From positions 34,100,001-34,164,000 of the forward strand of contig CM060733.1 in the NCBI GenBank assembly GCA_030704615.1: a stretch of 64,000 nt of DNA. Direction: 5' to 3'. Origin of the DNA: Takakia lepidozioides (lineage: Eukaryota > Plantae > Bryophyta). Below are positions 31,985-44,991 of this stretch, in pieces. The notes under the pieces were generated by a model. That model had not been told where the DNA came from and ran no database searches. It saw nothing but the letters and a program-made list of their open reading frames with translations. The position numbers and the translations under genes were made by a program. Positions within the stretch are counted from its first letter, which is position 1. Each line of letters starts with the position of its first letter.

Positions 31985-34897
31985 CACAATTAGTTAAAAT
32001 AGAGTTTCAAATCTGGTCGTAGGCTTTGTGGAAAAATAATGATTAGACTTAGATGACTTAGATGACATTGGACACTTGGGCCAACGGCATAGGCTATCCT
32101 AGAGGTTGCATTTGGGCCTCGACATAGGAGACACATTTGGATACATAGGAGATTGCACTTGGACTTAGATTTTAATTCTTTCTTCACACATGGGCCAACG
32201 ACATTGGCTATACTAGATGTCACACTTGGGCCTCAACATAGGAGACAACATTGGATACATAGGAAATTGCACTTGGTATTAGATTTTCAATTCTTCACAC
32301 ATGGGCCAAAGGTACAGGTTAAATGATTAGACTTAGATGACATTGGACACTTGGGCCAACTGCGCAAGTTATAGAGGTCGCACTTGGGCCTTCACATAGG
32401 AGACGCACTAGGATACATGATAGGAGATCTTGCACTTGGGCTTAGATGACACTGGACATCTGGGCCAATTAACGACACACGTTATCCTAGAGGTCGCATC
32501 TAGGCCTCGACATAGGAGACACACTTGGATATATAGGGGATTGCACTTGGACTTGGATGACACTGGACACTTGGGCCAACAGCACAGACTACCCTAGTAT
32601 CTTATGATGGTTTCAAGGATATCTATATTACATGAGATCTTTTTCATTATCTAGGCTAGGGATGCACAAAGCACCCCTCCGAGGGCTTTCCAAAGGTACC
32701 AAGCACCACGGCTGGGCCCGCGGTTTGGGACATCTCAACGTGACAAAAAAAAACAAAAAAAAACAAAACAAACGTCTCGCTTCATATATTGACTAGGGTA
32801 GTATGTGTCGCTGGCCCAAGTGTCCAGAAAGCCCACTTTGCTATTTTTTGGGAATTTTCAGCGACCAAAAGTACATGAAATTCCACATCTCCCACACCGC
32901 AGGTCCAAAATTATGAGACCAAACCCGTGCACCCCTCCTCGTTGAGGGCTTTCCAATGGTACCAAAACTATGGGATACATAGGAGGTCTTACACTTGGGC
33001 TTAGATGACACGGGATACTTGGGCCAACAGCAGAGGCTACCATACTCGAGGCCCAAGTGCGACCTCTAGGGTAGCCTGTACCTTTGGCCCATGTGTGAAT
33101 AATTGAAATCTAAGACTGAGTGCAATTTCCTATGTATCCAAGTGCATCTCCTATGTTAAGGCCCAAGTGCAACCTCTAGTGTAGCCTATGCTGTTGGCCC
33201 ATGTGTGAAGAATTGAAACCTAAGACCAAGTGCAATTTTCTATGTATCCAAGTGCGTCTCCCATGTCAAGGCCCAATTTATTTTTTTCCTTAAATTTATT
33301 GAGTAGTAATATATCCAATCATTATTGATATATCTCCTGTCCAGTGTCATCTATGTCCAAGTGCAATTTCCTATGTATCCCAGTGTGTCTCCTATTTCGA
33401 GGCCCAAGTGCGACCTCTAGGGTAGTCTGTGCCTTCGGCCTACGTGCGAAGAATTGAAATCTAAGACCAAGTGCAATTTTCTATGTATCCCAGTGCGTCC
33501 CCTATGTCGAGGCCCAAATGCAACCTCTAGGGTAGTCTGTGCTGTTGGCCCAAGTGTCCAGTGTCATCTAAGCCCAAGTGTAAGATCTTTTATGTATCCC
33601 ACTATGTCTCCTATGTCGAGGCCCAAGTGCGCCCTCTAGGGTAGCCTGTGCCATTGGCCCAAGTGTCCAATGTCATCTAAGTCATCTAAGCCTAATCATT
33701 TTTTTCTCCTATGTCGAGGCCCATGTGTCAATAATTGAAATCTAAGACCAAGTGCAATTTCCCATGTATCCACGTGCGTCTCCTATGTCGAGGCCCATCT
33801 AAGTCCCAGTGCAATCTTCTATTCATGTATCCAAGTGCATCTCCCATGTAGAGGCCCAAGTGTCCAATGTCATCTAAGTCATCTAGGTCTAATCATTTTT
33901 TTTCCACAGAGCCTACGACCAGATTTGAACCAGAGACCTTTCCCTTGATATCTCTCATGTCGAGGCTCCAACCATTGTCCCAGGAATGCCCACTTTGCTA
34001 TTTTTCACGAATTTCCAGCGACCCAAAGTACTTGAAATTCGACATCTCCCACACTGTAGGTCCAAAAATAATGAGACCAAGCCGGTGCACCCCTCCTCCT
34101 CAAGGGCTTTCCAATGGGACCAAGCACCAGCGCTGGGCCCACGGTTTGGGACAGCTCAATGCTACAAAATAAAATAAAACAAACTAACAAACAAACTGGT
34201 TTCCTTCATATATCGACTAGGGTAGCCTGTGCCGTTGGTCCATGTGAAGAATTGAAATCTAAGCCTATATCGTTGGCCCAAGTATCCAGTGTCATCTAAG
34301 TTCAAGTGCAATCCCCTATGTATCCAAGTGTGTCTCCTATGTCGAGGCCCAAATGCGACCTCTAGGATAGCCTTTGCGGTTGGCCCAAATGTCCAGTGTC
34401 ATCTAAGCCCAAGTGTAAGATCTTCTATGTATCCCAGTGCGTCTCCTATGTCGAGGCCCATCTAAGCCCAAAGTGCAAACTTGTATGTATCCAAGGGCAT
34501 CACCCATGTGTGTCGAGCCCATCTAAGCCCAATGTACATTGATCTCCTATGTATCCAAGTATGTCTCCAATGTTAAGGCCTCATTTTTCCCTTTTCATGA
34601 ATTTATTGAGTCGTAATATATCCAATCATTATTGATATTATATCTCTTGTCGAGGCTCCAATCAATGTCCTAGGAAAGCCCACTTTGCTATTTTTCCCGA
34701 ATTTCTAGCGACCAAAAGTACTCAAAATTCTAGATCTCCCACACCAGGGGTCCGAAAATCATGAGACCAAGCCGGTGCACTCCTCCTCATCGAGGGCTTT
34801 CCAACGGCACCAAGCACCGGGATTGGGCCCCGCGGTTTGGGAGATCTCACCGACGCTACAAACAAACAAAACAAAACTGACTTCCTTCATATAGAGA
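31985..34897. mobile_element. Cluster of non-autonomous Helitron-like units with internal GGCCCAAGTG satellite repeats in both orientations
   Basis: Minus-strand 5' ends TC(TC/GA/AA)TATATGAAG at 34897, 34216 and 32792. 3' ends ...ACCCTAG at 34217 and 32793 (minus) and 32597 (plus, followed by T). Shared ~230-bp body at 33985-34215 and 34670-34897, partial copies at 32660-32970. Confidence 0.65.
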
Positions 34898-36915
34898 TGA
34901 TCAACCACATGTATTTTAATATGTAAAACAATATTGGGATTTGTCAGATTCCTCATTGGATGAACATGGTGGCAGTTTGTGGCTATAGCCCCCCTTTCGG
35001 GAGTGGGCCTTATGTCGATTGTCAATAATATGGTGGACACATGCCAATATAAATGCAAGGATATCCTTGATACTTGTATCTTATTACTCAAAAGTAAGGA
35101 GAGGAGTCCATGAAGTAAGCCTCCGTCTTTCTTATAAACATACACAAATGTGTACAATTGAGATTGAGAGGTTTTGGGTCTATTTATTCATAAGTATTAA
35201 GATATGATGTGTGCACAAAATTATGTAAAAGTTATGATTTATATGTATAATCACAATGTTGTTTAGCCTGCAATGATGCATAATAATCTCAAAATTGTTA
35301 TGGTTATCTTACGAAGTGTAGGTCAGTATGGAAGTCATTTAAACACACTTGCCAATTTTTGAACAATTCTTATATGGAGTATCGAATGAGGACCATATTG
35401 TCTCAACAGTGCTTTATGCAGGCATATCTATGTGCATTACTACTACTAACTTGACAATGTACAAGTAAGGTATTTGGAGCTAGTGATCAAGATGTTTTGC
35501 AAATCATTGTGGAAACTCTACAAGATGTAGAAGTGTCAAAAAGTAGACCGGTTGCAATATACACAACCCACATCAATTCACCAACGAAGGATCACTTGCC
35601 AACAGGGGGTATTTTTTGGGTGTTGTACCGGCAAAAGTAATAAGTAATAAGTGTAGTATGTACAAGGGTCCATGATGGAAGTACAAAAATTCTTGCCTCT
35701 GTCACTGCATATGGTAAAACGGGCCTACATACTCTTCAGGTATACATCCAAAAACCATCTAGCCTATCCCATAGTTATACTAAAACACCCATAGTACTTT
35801 TCTCCCAAATTAACAAATGGCCAACGAATTACATAGTTATGATTTTGTTATGCATCGTACTTATATAACAAAGATAATATATTTCTTTCTATTTATGATG
35901 TACATTTCATTCGCATGTAGAGCCATGAGATTCACATGTTGGATAGCTGCGTGCATAAGAAAAGATGTTACAGGAGAATTGTTGTTTATATAGCTAAATT
36001 GTTCTTTGTATCTAAAGTATGCATAAATCGTGATAATTGGAATTGTGAGTGTACAATTGAATTGAAAAGTATACGTACTTTTATTTTGCGGCATTCTATC
36101 TTAACTCGTGCATTGAAATAAGACTTTGCTATTTCAAGTTAGAAAAACTTAAAAAAGATGCAAATTAATAAGAATTAAGACTATTTAAAAAGTCGACTTT
36201 TACTATTTTGAATAATGTTGATGGATACAACTCTTTGGTTTGGATAATGCATTTTACAGAAGCAACAATCAAATTACTAAGTATTTTTGTAACTCGGCTA
36301 TGGACTAGAGGGAAGTTCCCCATATTGTTTTTCTACATTTTAGCTACAAACCATAATATATCATGCAAACTGACGTGATTTTAGTTTCTTCTATGCACAT
36401 GCAGATTATATCTATTAACGGTTGTGGTGTATCAAATGCACCAGAGGGAGTGGATATTCTTTTATCGCATGAAGGACATATTACTTTTGTATGACCTATC
36501 TAAATTTTTGAGACACAACGACATGCATCAATCTACATCATTATCTAGCAATCATTCTGATCTCTCTTTTATATTTAATCCTCTTTGTAACTTGTTCTCT
36601 CTATTAAATCCAATCACTCTCTAAACTTATTCTTTGAATATTAGTCTTGATTGTCTCTCTACTTAGAATTTCCTCCAAAGGCTTGTCTATTGCAATTGAG
36701 GATTGAATACCTTTATAATGATAAGGGCCATCTCCTACAAATATAAACATCTTCTTATATTTGTGAATACTACAACATATTGAAAAATTTACTCATCTAA
36801 AAATTTACCTTATATTTCAACTTATTTACTTCAATTTTGATTTAAATAATCACATTGATAATAACAAGCATTTGTGATTTTTTTCGTGTTTGTTTTTTTT
36901 TGCATTTGTCGACAG

Positions 36916-39006
36916 GTGAAATGCAATCCATTATATACACACACCATTGGGTGTCGAATATATCAAGTGGGTAATACTTCAGCGGTGTCTCCATATCCTA
37001 TATTGAAACATGGTGGTAAGCCGGAAAAATGGATGCACAAGATTGGGTGCAAAATATTTACTGGACCACTTCATGCGTTGTGTGCTGCGGATCCAAACTT
37101 TTTTGGTGTAGTAATGAAACCAAGAGTTGACACCAACACAGGTCCAAACCCCGCCATTAACTGGGGTGGTCTTTGTTTCCCAAGTATGCATCTTAATAAG
37201 TTTCATTTTAGTTTGAAGCATAGATTAATCTAGAGAATGACAGGAGAATGACGGTTGAACATTTTCAACTTGATGATATAATTACTTGTTGAGTATGTGC
37301 CCCAAGACAAGTTGTACGGTGAATGTACAGTTAACATATAAAAATGAAGTTAAATATAAAAATATAGCACATATACATAATTTCTTATTTCACATTTCAT
37401 TGTCTCATTTGTTATATATTCAATGTCGTTGCTTATCAATGATATATGACTTCAATACTAAGATTAGGATTGTGAGTTATTTCATTTGTGAAGTTTCTTA
37501 GTGAATATGCATTGACATACCAGAAGGCAATCGCCCTTCAGGGTCAAGAGACACCATAATTTACGCTTCCTTTGGGAGGCGTCATATATTACATGATTAT
37601 TATCATGCATGATGTTGTTTTACAGGAGATGCCCTCGTCACTCTCCCAATTGGCATACAAAAGCCAATGTCAGAACTCTCCATTGGAGACAAAGTATGTT
37701 GTGTTAAACCATCAACCAATATACTACTCATTAAGATGTGTCATTTAATCAATATATCAGCTTTGTGATTTGACCAATATATATGCAAACGACAATTTTT
37801 GTTATGCTGATATATGATTATAAAATTGATATTATAACAAATATTTGATTTCTGGTGGCTGTGATGAATGTGGATGGACAAATAGCATTTGACAAAGTTT
37901 ATGCGTTTGGTCACGACGATGTTGGTGCCATAAGCTACATTGTGAAGCTCACTTTGCAACCAACTATCATTAGTGATAATGAGTTTTTAGTGAAAACTCT
38001 TGAGCTCAGTCCACACCATTTTGCTCCAGTATCGTCAGGTTTTTTTTATAGGGACATTATGGTTTCGTTTCAACTAAGTGTTTGTAGATACATTTGTAAT
38101 ATTTCTGCAATCCATACAAACAATGAACTTTTGATGTACTTTTTAATTTGAAAACATTCTCATTTATATATTTGTTGTGTGGCGTTAGGCATGAATGATA
38201 ACATGACATACAAACGAGCTAAGAACATACATGTGGGTGACTTGATGTGGATCAATACGAATAAGATCACCAATACTATCGAGCATTTTATTGTGACGGG
38301 TGAGATCACATCCTTTTTTTATATTTTTAAAAATAGTGACAAGCTTTAGTGCTATGTGGGCTGCTCATCACTCCACTAGCCGGGACCTTGTTGACTATGA
38401 TTCTACTAATTTGATAGAAGTTTCTAATATATGGTTGATAGCACAAATCTCATGTTGGAAAAGTTATGAGGTGAATTGACACTGAATAAGTCGGTTCACT
38501 TGAAGTTTTCTTTTTTCCTTAACCATTGACATTTAACAATAATTCGAACATTCAATTGTGGCAGATGCAATGGTGATTGTTAATGTTGGGTTGTACAACC
38601 CTACACTCTAAGTGGAAATATTGTCGTAGATGATGTGGTGGCATATGTGCATAGTGAGTGGTTTCTCGATGAATTATTTGACGCTATCACAATCACACAT
38701 TGGCTTCCTACAACTTATCAGGTACATCCAAAACGTCACATGTTCAAGTTATTTATGTATTTAATATTCCAACACTAGGATTTAATATTATCATTAATAT
38801 TGTGGCTTTGTTCACATAATATGCAGATGGTGCTAGCTCCGTTGCGAATGCTTTATTATTTCTTGGAAAAAAACATATATGCTAGACTCTATCACTTTGT
38901 GGACTCATATATGGATGTACCTCATTTTCTCACTCTCCATGGTGGCAAATGTGCAACTGTTGGTGGTATGGTTGCTACATTTATATCTCTCTTCCGATAC
39001 GGTTGA
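36916..39006 (+). pseudogene. Hedgehog-type Hog (Hint + SRR-like) domain protein
   Basis: Spliced exons give GGLCFP|(R)DALVTLPIGIQKPMSELSIGDK|VAV...VYAFGH...TLELSPHHF|...RAKNIHVGD|...GLYNP(fs)YTLSGNIVVDDVVA..HSEWFLD...|LAPLR. One frameshift and a damaged acceptor at 37854; possible upstream exons to ~35000. Confidence 0.82.
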
Positions 39007-39599
39007 ACTCAAAAATTCGAGTGTAGAGCGATGACATATTAAGTTGGTCAATGGAGAAAAAAAGAAAAAAGTTTGACGCCTCCCGAAGGGAGCGTAACTT
39101 ATGGTGTCATTGCACCATAACTCATGGCACAAAAAATTGACAACGGGTGATATCCAACATATATCTACATGTGGCTTTAAAGTTCAACCTATTACTACTT
39201 ATGGATGACCTTATGCCCCTGATAACCAAGCCATCTATTGGATAGTATGTAATAGTAGGGCTAATTCTACGATATTGTGAGTCATAAGACAACTATGTGT
39301 CATCTTGATTTTTCATTGCACCAAAGATAATCGTAAAATAAAAAAAATTATATTTGGCTAAAATGAAGAACATGGTTAAAAAGTAGACAAAGCCATTTCA
39401 TGGGATTGTAAAACTATATGAGGGTTTATATATGTCTTTCTGCTCAGATCATTTTAAAAGAGTTGCGATCAAAACCCTCGATGCTCATATAGTTGTAAAA
39501 CTTGTCCTTGTTGTTGGTCATGGCTCTTTTCCTGAAAAACACACCTCTATGGGAGCCCCAACTTCAATCCTTGGCAGCCCATGCTTTGGCATCATTGCT

Positions 39600-40170
39600 G
39601 GAGTCATGGAAAAGTGTGACACTTTTTGCATGATTGTGCTACAGTGACCTCCACCAATCGGTTGATAGAGCACTCGTAAACTCCAATATAGTCATTTCAA
39701 ACTCATTTGAGCCATGTTTGATTGTCAGTGTTTTTGGGCACTTTCTTTGCAAGTGACCAAGCTTCCCACAATTGAAACATGTTTGTTAGACATCATTTGT
39801 AGAGGCTCACCATGTCTCCCCACATGTGTCTTTTCATTTGATCCTTCAGTCGTCAACTTCAGATGGCTCCCAAGATCCAGTCTCGCGGCGTAGTTATCCC
39901 ACTCCTCCTCTAGATGGGATGAATCGTATCTCCATGTTTTCTTCAAAGTCTTTGGCAGCCTCTCTTCTAGCTTTCGTTTGGCCCATAATGTCGATCGCGC
40001 TCCACAATGTTGAATCCTGACTATTTCTTGTTCAGCCGTGTTCTGGACTTTAAACAATAGGAAACTGAAAGCTTGAACATTTGCTCGCAATACACATCCA
40101 GCTCTAAGAACCATGCGTTCAATGCTCTCCAATTCTGAACGCTCTAAAATGTGTCGAGTTGGCTTCACTG
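39600..40170 (-). pseudogene. Degenerate gag-like remnant with a CCHC zinc knuckle
   Basis: CFNCGKLGHLQRKC on the minus strand at ~39740-39782 in a stop-containing frame. Confidence 0.45.
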
Positions 40171-41367
40171 TACATTACAACACACCATGGTTTTCACGAC
40201 TATATATCACACCTTCATTATAGGTCTCACTATTGGCATCTCTCAGTGTATTTGCCACCATGGCATGTGAGTACCGACGCATTGCACTACCACTAGAAAA
40301 CGTTTCACTACATAATTAGTTAGGTCGTGTGACACCGGCCTAATTCAACCTCTGACATATGTAATTAGAAATGATATTATTTTTTATTCATATTTATCAG
40401 TCTTTAATTATTAGTGAAATTTTTGACTAACTGCTGAACCAAGACAATGGTATTGTATTTCACAGACTGACAGCTGTACCTATGAAAAAATTTGGACCAC
40501 TAGTAGTGAAATAGTTTACTATAACCTATGACACAGCTAGGACAAGGCCGGTATGCTATCTCACTATCACATGTTTGTCTCCTTGTTTTTTTGGTCTTCT
40601 AGACAACGACACGTATATCTAGTGTGTATATATATAATTCACTAACAACAGTGAGTCATGGACAAGACATGTGTTGAAGAAAGTGCCTTCATTAGCAGTG
40701 TCTTGTTCTATCAATTGTGCTACTGTCGCTGCTGTTTGATTGTTTAATGCCCGTTGTATGGTTCGAGTAAGAGACGTCGTCTGCCTCCAAGCTAAGCTTG
40801 CACGCATTCTCTCAAAACTGAGTAAATGCAGTAAATGCAGCCTGTAGCTGCAGCTGATGTTGGTCATGACCAAGCCACAGAATGCGTGCCGCCACCATAG
40901 ATGGCAGTGCTTGGATCCATGCCATCACAAATTTTGTGGAGGTCCAACGGCTCTGGAGCTGCCTCAAAGAATTGCTTGGCGTACGAGTCCATGGTTCCGC
41001 CGCACGTGTCATCCTTGTCTTCTCAGCCACAGGGACCGTTGCATCATCGGGTTACTTGCACTAATGATTTTGAACCCAGTTAGTTGACTGTGGGTTCCAA
41101 TCTGCTCTACCACATCCACGCACAATCTTGAGTCTTTGAAGAACTTACGGACCTTAAGTTACTCACGAGAACACGAAGACGTCATCCGAGAAAGCTATGA
41201 GTTTGGTAGATTGTCGCATGAATCTAGCTCGTCTGAACATTGTGGGAGAAATTGCGGTACTCGGATCGGCAGGTGTAGTTGGGCGGACGTGAATTGAGGT
41301 TGAGATATTTTGGAGGGTGAAAGCTCGAGATAAGTTCTGAGCTTAGAACCTTGTTCTGATCTGAGGC

Positions 41368-43911
41368 ATGGGGTGGGAATGGGGTCACGGGTCGGTGAAG
41401 TATGGAAGCTCAGAAGGGGATGTGAAAGGGGTACACATGGTGCTAATGCTGGGAGCAATGTTGTTTGGAGGTACGGTTTGTGTACTCATGCAGCTCAAGG
41501 CATCTGATCCCTTGTCCACTTTTTTTCTCATGAGTGATAGGCAGGTGCCTTCCATTCGGGGCACTTCCATCCGAGGAAAGCATAACGTTCAACGCTTTCA
41601 GTCCCATCTTGCGTGTTTCAGGTCCCCACTTCCTCCTCTTTGATCATAAATCTCTCCCTTGAATCTCAGGGTTACTTGCTTTGGACCTGTAGGTCTACAC
41701 GTACCAGCACTGGTGAAAAATATTGAAGCTCTGTAACAACTGGAAACTGTCGCAACCTGACCAATTTATATGATAGAGTGGTACGCAAGTGAAAATAAAC
41801 ATGATCGTTTTGGAATCGACGGTCCAGGTTTTTGAAATTCATGTGCACCGTACTTTCTTATGTTTGTAGCATGCATGTAATGCGATCCTCATCTGGTTTC
41901 TTGTGTCCCTTGGAAGCCTATTTTGGTGTCAACCATGAACGAGTTCGTCTGTGCATTACAAGTATATGATATCTATGCTTCGTTTTCTTGCGCATAGATC
42001 ATACATGTAAGTGTTGCGTATCTTATAAAGCTCCTATGTGGCTTGTACAGTGAGTCAGGAAGATGGGAGTACAATGCTACGCCTAGACACATCCCTTGGA
42101 ATTCTGTGGGGGACCCATTTGTTAACCAATGCGATGAGCGCCATCTCAATACCGGTGGCAATGTTGCTTTTCTGGAGGCTGATCTCATTGTGTCACAGGG
42201 GGGCAATTGGACGGTGAGTCCAACGTACGTCTCAAGTGCCAAATGGTCTACATTCCGACACGCAAAGTTCCTCCAAGATCTGATCCTGGCAGAATTTGAG
42301 ATTCAACTATTTGGTTTAGATTGGCTTGTACTTGCTCAACTTAGAGCATTAAATGCAGAAGTGTTGATCATCTTCATTTAGTTCTACAGGTGAGAGAGGA
42401 GCTAAAATGGGAGTGGAAAACCAACTCTAGCTGCCCTATGTTTCCTTTCAACCACAACGACCTTTGCAAGTAAGTCGCCATCTGTTACATCCAAGGTCAG
42501 ATCTTCCTTTCTTGTCTCCAACAACTAGGGCAGAAGCCTATGTATTAAGCATGTATACACAGATTTTGTGCATGCTTCCATGGGTCATGGACGCTTGAAA
42601 CCGTCGTAGGAAAGATACCAATTTTGAAGAGGCTCTGTCGACATTATTCCAAGAGCTGAGTGAGTAAATCGTATACTAAGGTCAATTTCTTGTTTGTACA
42701 GATGGATTGGATCAAGAAGGAACATGTTGGTTGTTGGAGACTCCATCAATCACGAGCTGCAGTGGGTCTTTCTCAACAACCTGGCGGTGAATATGAGCGG
42801 CAAAGCTCGGAGTATGGCTGCAATTAGATCATGGGAAGGCGAGGAAGTGTGTGGCGATGTTCTTGGGGGTCCAGGGTTCAAAGTGGGCTGGATTCGCAAT
42901 GATCGCCTGTCTCCTACCCTCAACATTAGCGAAGATTCGTTCAATAATTTCTATGAGTGGCCATGGCTACCCTACTTGGAGGATTGGAACGTCAGCGTTC
43001 TATTGCTCAACAGGGGTGCACATTTTGAAGGAGACGAGATATTTATAAGAGCCCTCAGCGAAATCTTTTCCATATTACAAGCACGTTATCCCGATCTCTT
43101 GGTCATCTTTCGTAACACGCCCCCAGGTAGTTTGAGAGGCCCCTTGAGAGTAGACAATGTTGCCCACTTGCCAACACGTCAGTATTCACACTTGCGTTGA
43201 ACCTTTCTTCTATTCACAAGAACATGACTCCGACAAGCTGAGATGAAATGAAGCTCGATGAAATGACAGTGCTCAAGCTGCCTGAGAGTCATCCTTCCCA
43301 AGAGTAACTGTAGGATACTGTGCAAGAAGACCAACTGGTATTGTGAAATCTGCTAGCAAGACTTCTAAGTCAGGTGGTCAGGACAGAACTTCTTTGCCAT
43401 GTAGCTGGGGTGTAGCTGTAACCAATTGAAAGCTTGCCATCGATGATTGATTTTCCCTGTTGTGAGAAGTCTGATCTGCGAGTGTGAAGTCACATAACTC
43501 TTACACCTAGGTTACAAGACTGGATGTTGACAAGGTGCTGACCAAACACCAAACTCTTTAAAGTGTGCAGAGGTGTGAGGACTTGACAGATCCTTGAGGG
43601 AATAACTACATTCATGAATGGATTGACATGCAGGCCATCACCAATGCACCAGCTACAAAGAACCGATACAAGAACGGCAATGTCCTGCAGACTTGCCAGC
43701 CTCATGGCATTGGGGTGAATTTCAAGCACAAAATGTTGTGGCCAAAAGGATTGTTGAAGAAGCGGGGTACATCTACATGGATGTGGATAGCATGCTCAGT
43801 TTGAGACCTGATGGTCACATCGGTGTAGAAGACTGCTTACATTACTGTTTGCCAGGACCTTTTGATTCTGTCGTCCATCTCTTTTACAACATCTTTTTTC
43901 TCCTTCAATAG
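41368..43911 (+). CDS. Trichome birefringence-like / PC-esterase family O-acyltransferase
   Basis: N-terminal TM segment, C..GRW (42040 exon), W.W...C (42390 exon), VVGDS, LNRGAH, FRNTPPG|HHQC, RPDGH..DCLHYCLPGP (DxxH). GT-AG introns; 5' exon structure uncertain. Confidence 0.85.
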
Positions 43912-44991
43912 TTGATGTCTTGGGGCCTTTCGGAAGCGACTCGCAACATGTCAGTAAAATTACGGTATTTACTGTCTGATGGTGCCTTCACTAGCAGTGC
44001 CTTGTTCTATCGATGTTCGTGCAGGGCCCCTCATTTCAGGAAGGCTGCTTACAACCGACACACAGAAATGACGACGATGACGTGGCACTATGGCTCCCTA
44101 TTGCTCTATGCTAAACTAGTCTCCGACCTTCAGTTGTCGCTAGAATTGGCTTATGTTGAGTGCCTTCAGTCGCCGCTAGAATTAACTTATGTTGAGTGAC
44201 TTAGGTCTATAACCGTCGACAATGACAAATTGTCAGCCGTAGTCCATAATGTGAATGTATCATGTAGTATATTGGGGGCTTTATAGGTGATGGAACAGTT
44301 TGGAATAGGCCCCCCTTACCCCAGCTAGGAGAGACACCACATGTAGATGAAGGAATCGCGAACAAGTCCCATATCATCCAGCCATCACAAATTTCTGAAT
44401 GCCAGATTATACACCACCCTACTCCATCCCAAATCCCTAAATTTCTAAGCTAACCCCAAGTCACACCCCTTGGACAAATAAAGCAAGCCAAATGGCTGCC
44501 ACCAACCAAAGCACATCTCGACCCCCCCATGACTCAATGGCCCAAATCAAACTATATAGCAAGGGTGAGGTATGATTCAAGTCCCCTCAATGTATCTCCA
44601 ACGGCTACATCATCTACACCGTCATTTAATAACCACACAGTGAGAGACATGACAGATGCAATGAAAATGGAGACTTAGGTGGCAGGGAGAACCCCCAGCT
44701 TCACATGACCCCTTTAAAAATCTGAGCACTTGCAAGGTCAATTTATCCAAAACTAAGAAACACAAAAGTATCAAACTATAACCCCCTAAGCGAAGCAGCT
44801 TTCACTGCAAGGATGCATAGTGTGTGTATAGCAGTTGCTTGGAAATTTCAGGACACAACTATCAGAATCAACTTGAAGTTCATATACAGCATACTCCTGA
44901 CACTCACAGACAATGAAGGTTGGCCCAAGATAGTAATTTCTACCAATACATGACATAGATACAATTGGGAACTTAATTCAACAAAGAACAA

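Noticed and set aside
31985-34897. Short ORFs or a CRISPR array in the GGCCCAAGTG repeats
   Set aside because: Irregular satellite with no unique spacers; the ORFs are repeat translations.
37174-38721. Self-splicing intein
   Set aside because: It is interrupted by spliceosomal introns, has no terminal HN plus nucleophile, and is followed by an SRR-like tail, so it is Hog-type.
40600-41100. Several 60-85 aa ORFs
   Set aside because: No supportable domain or splice structure.
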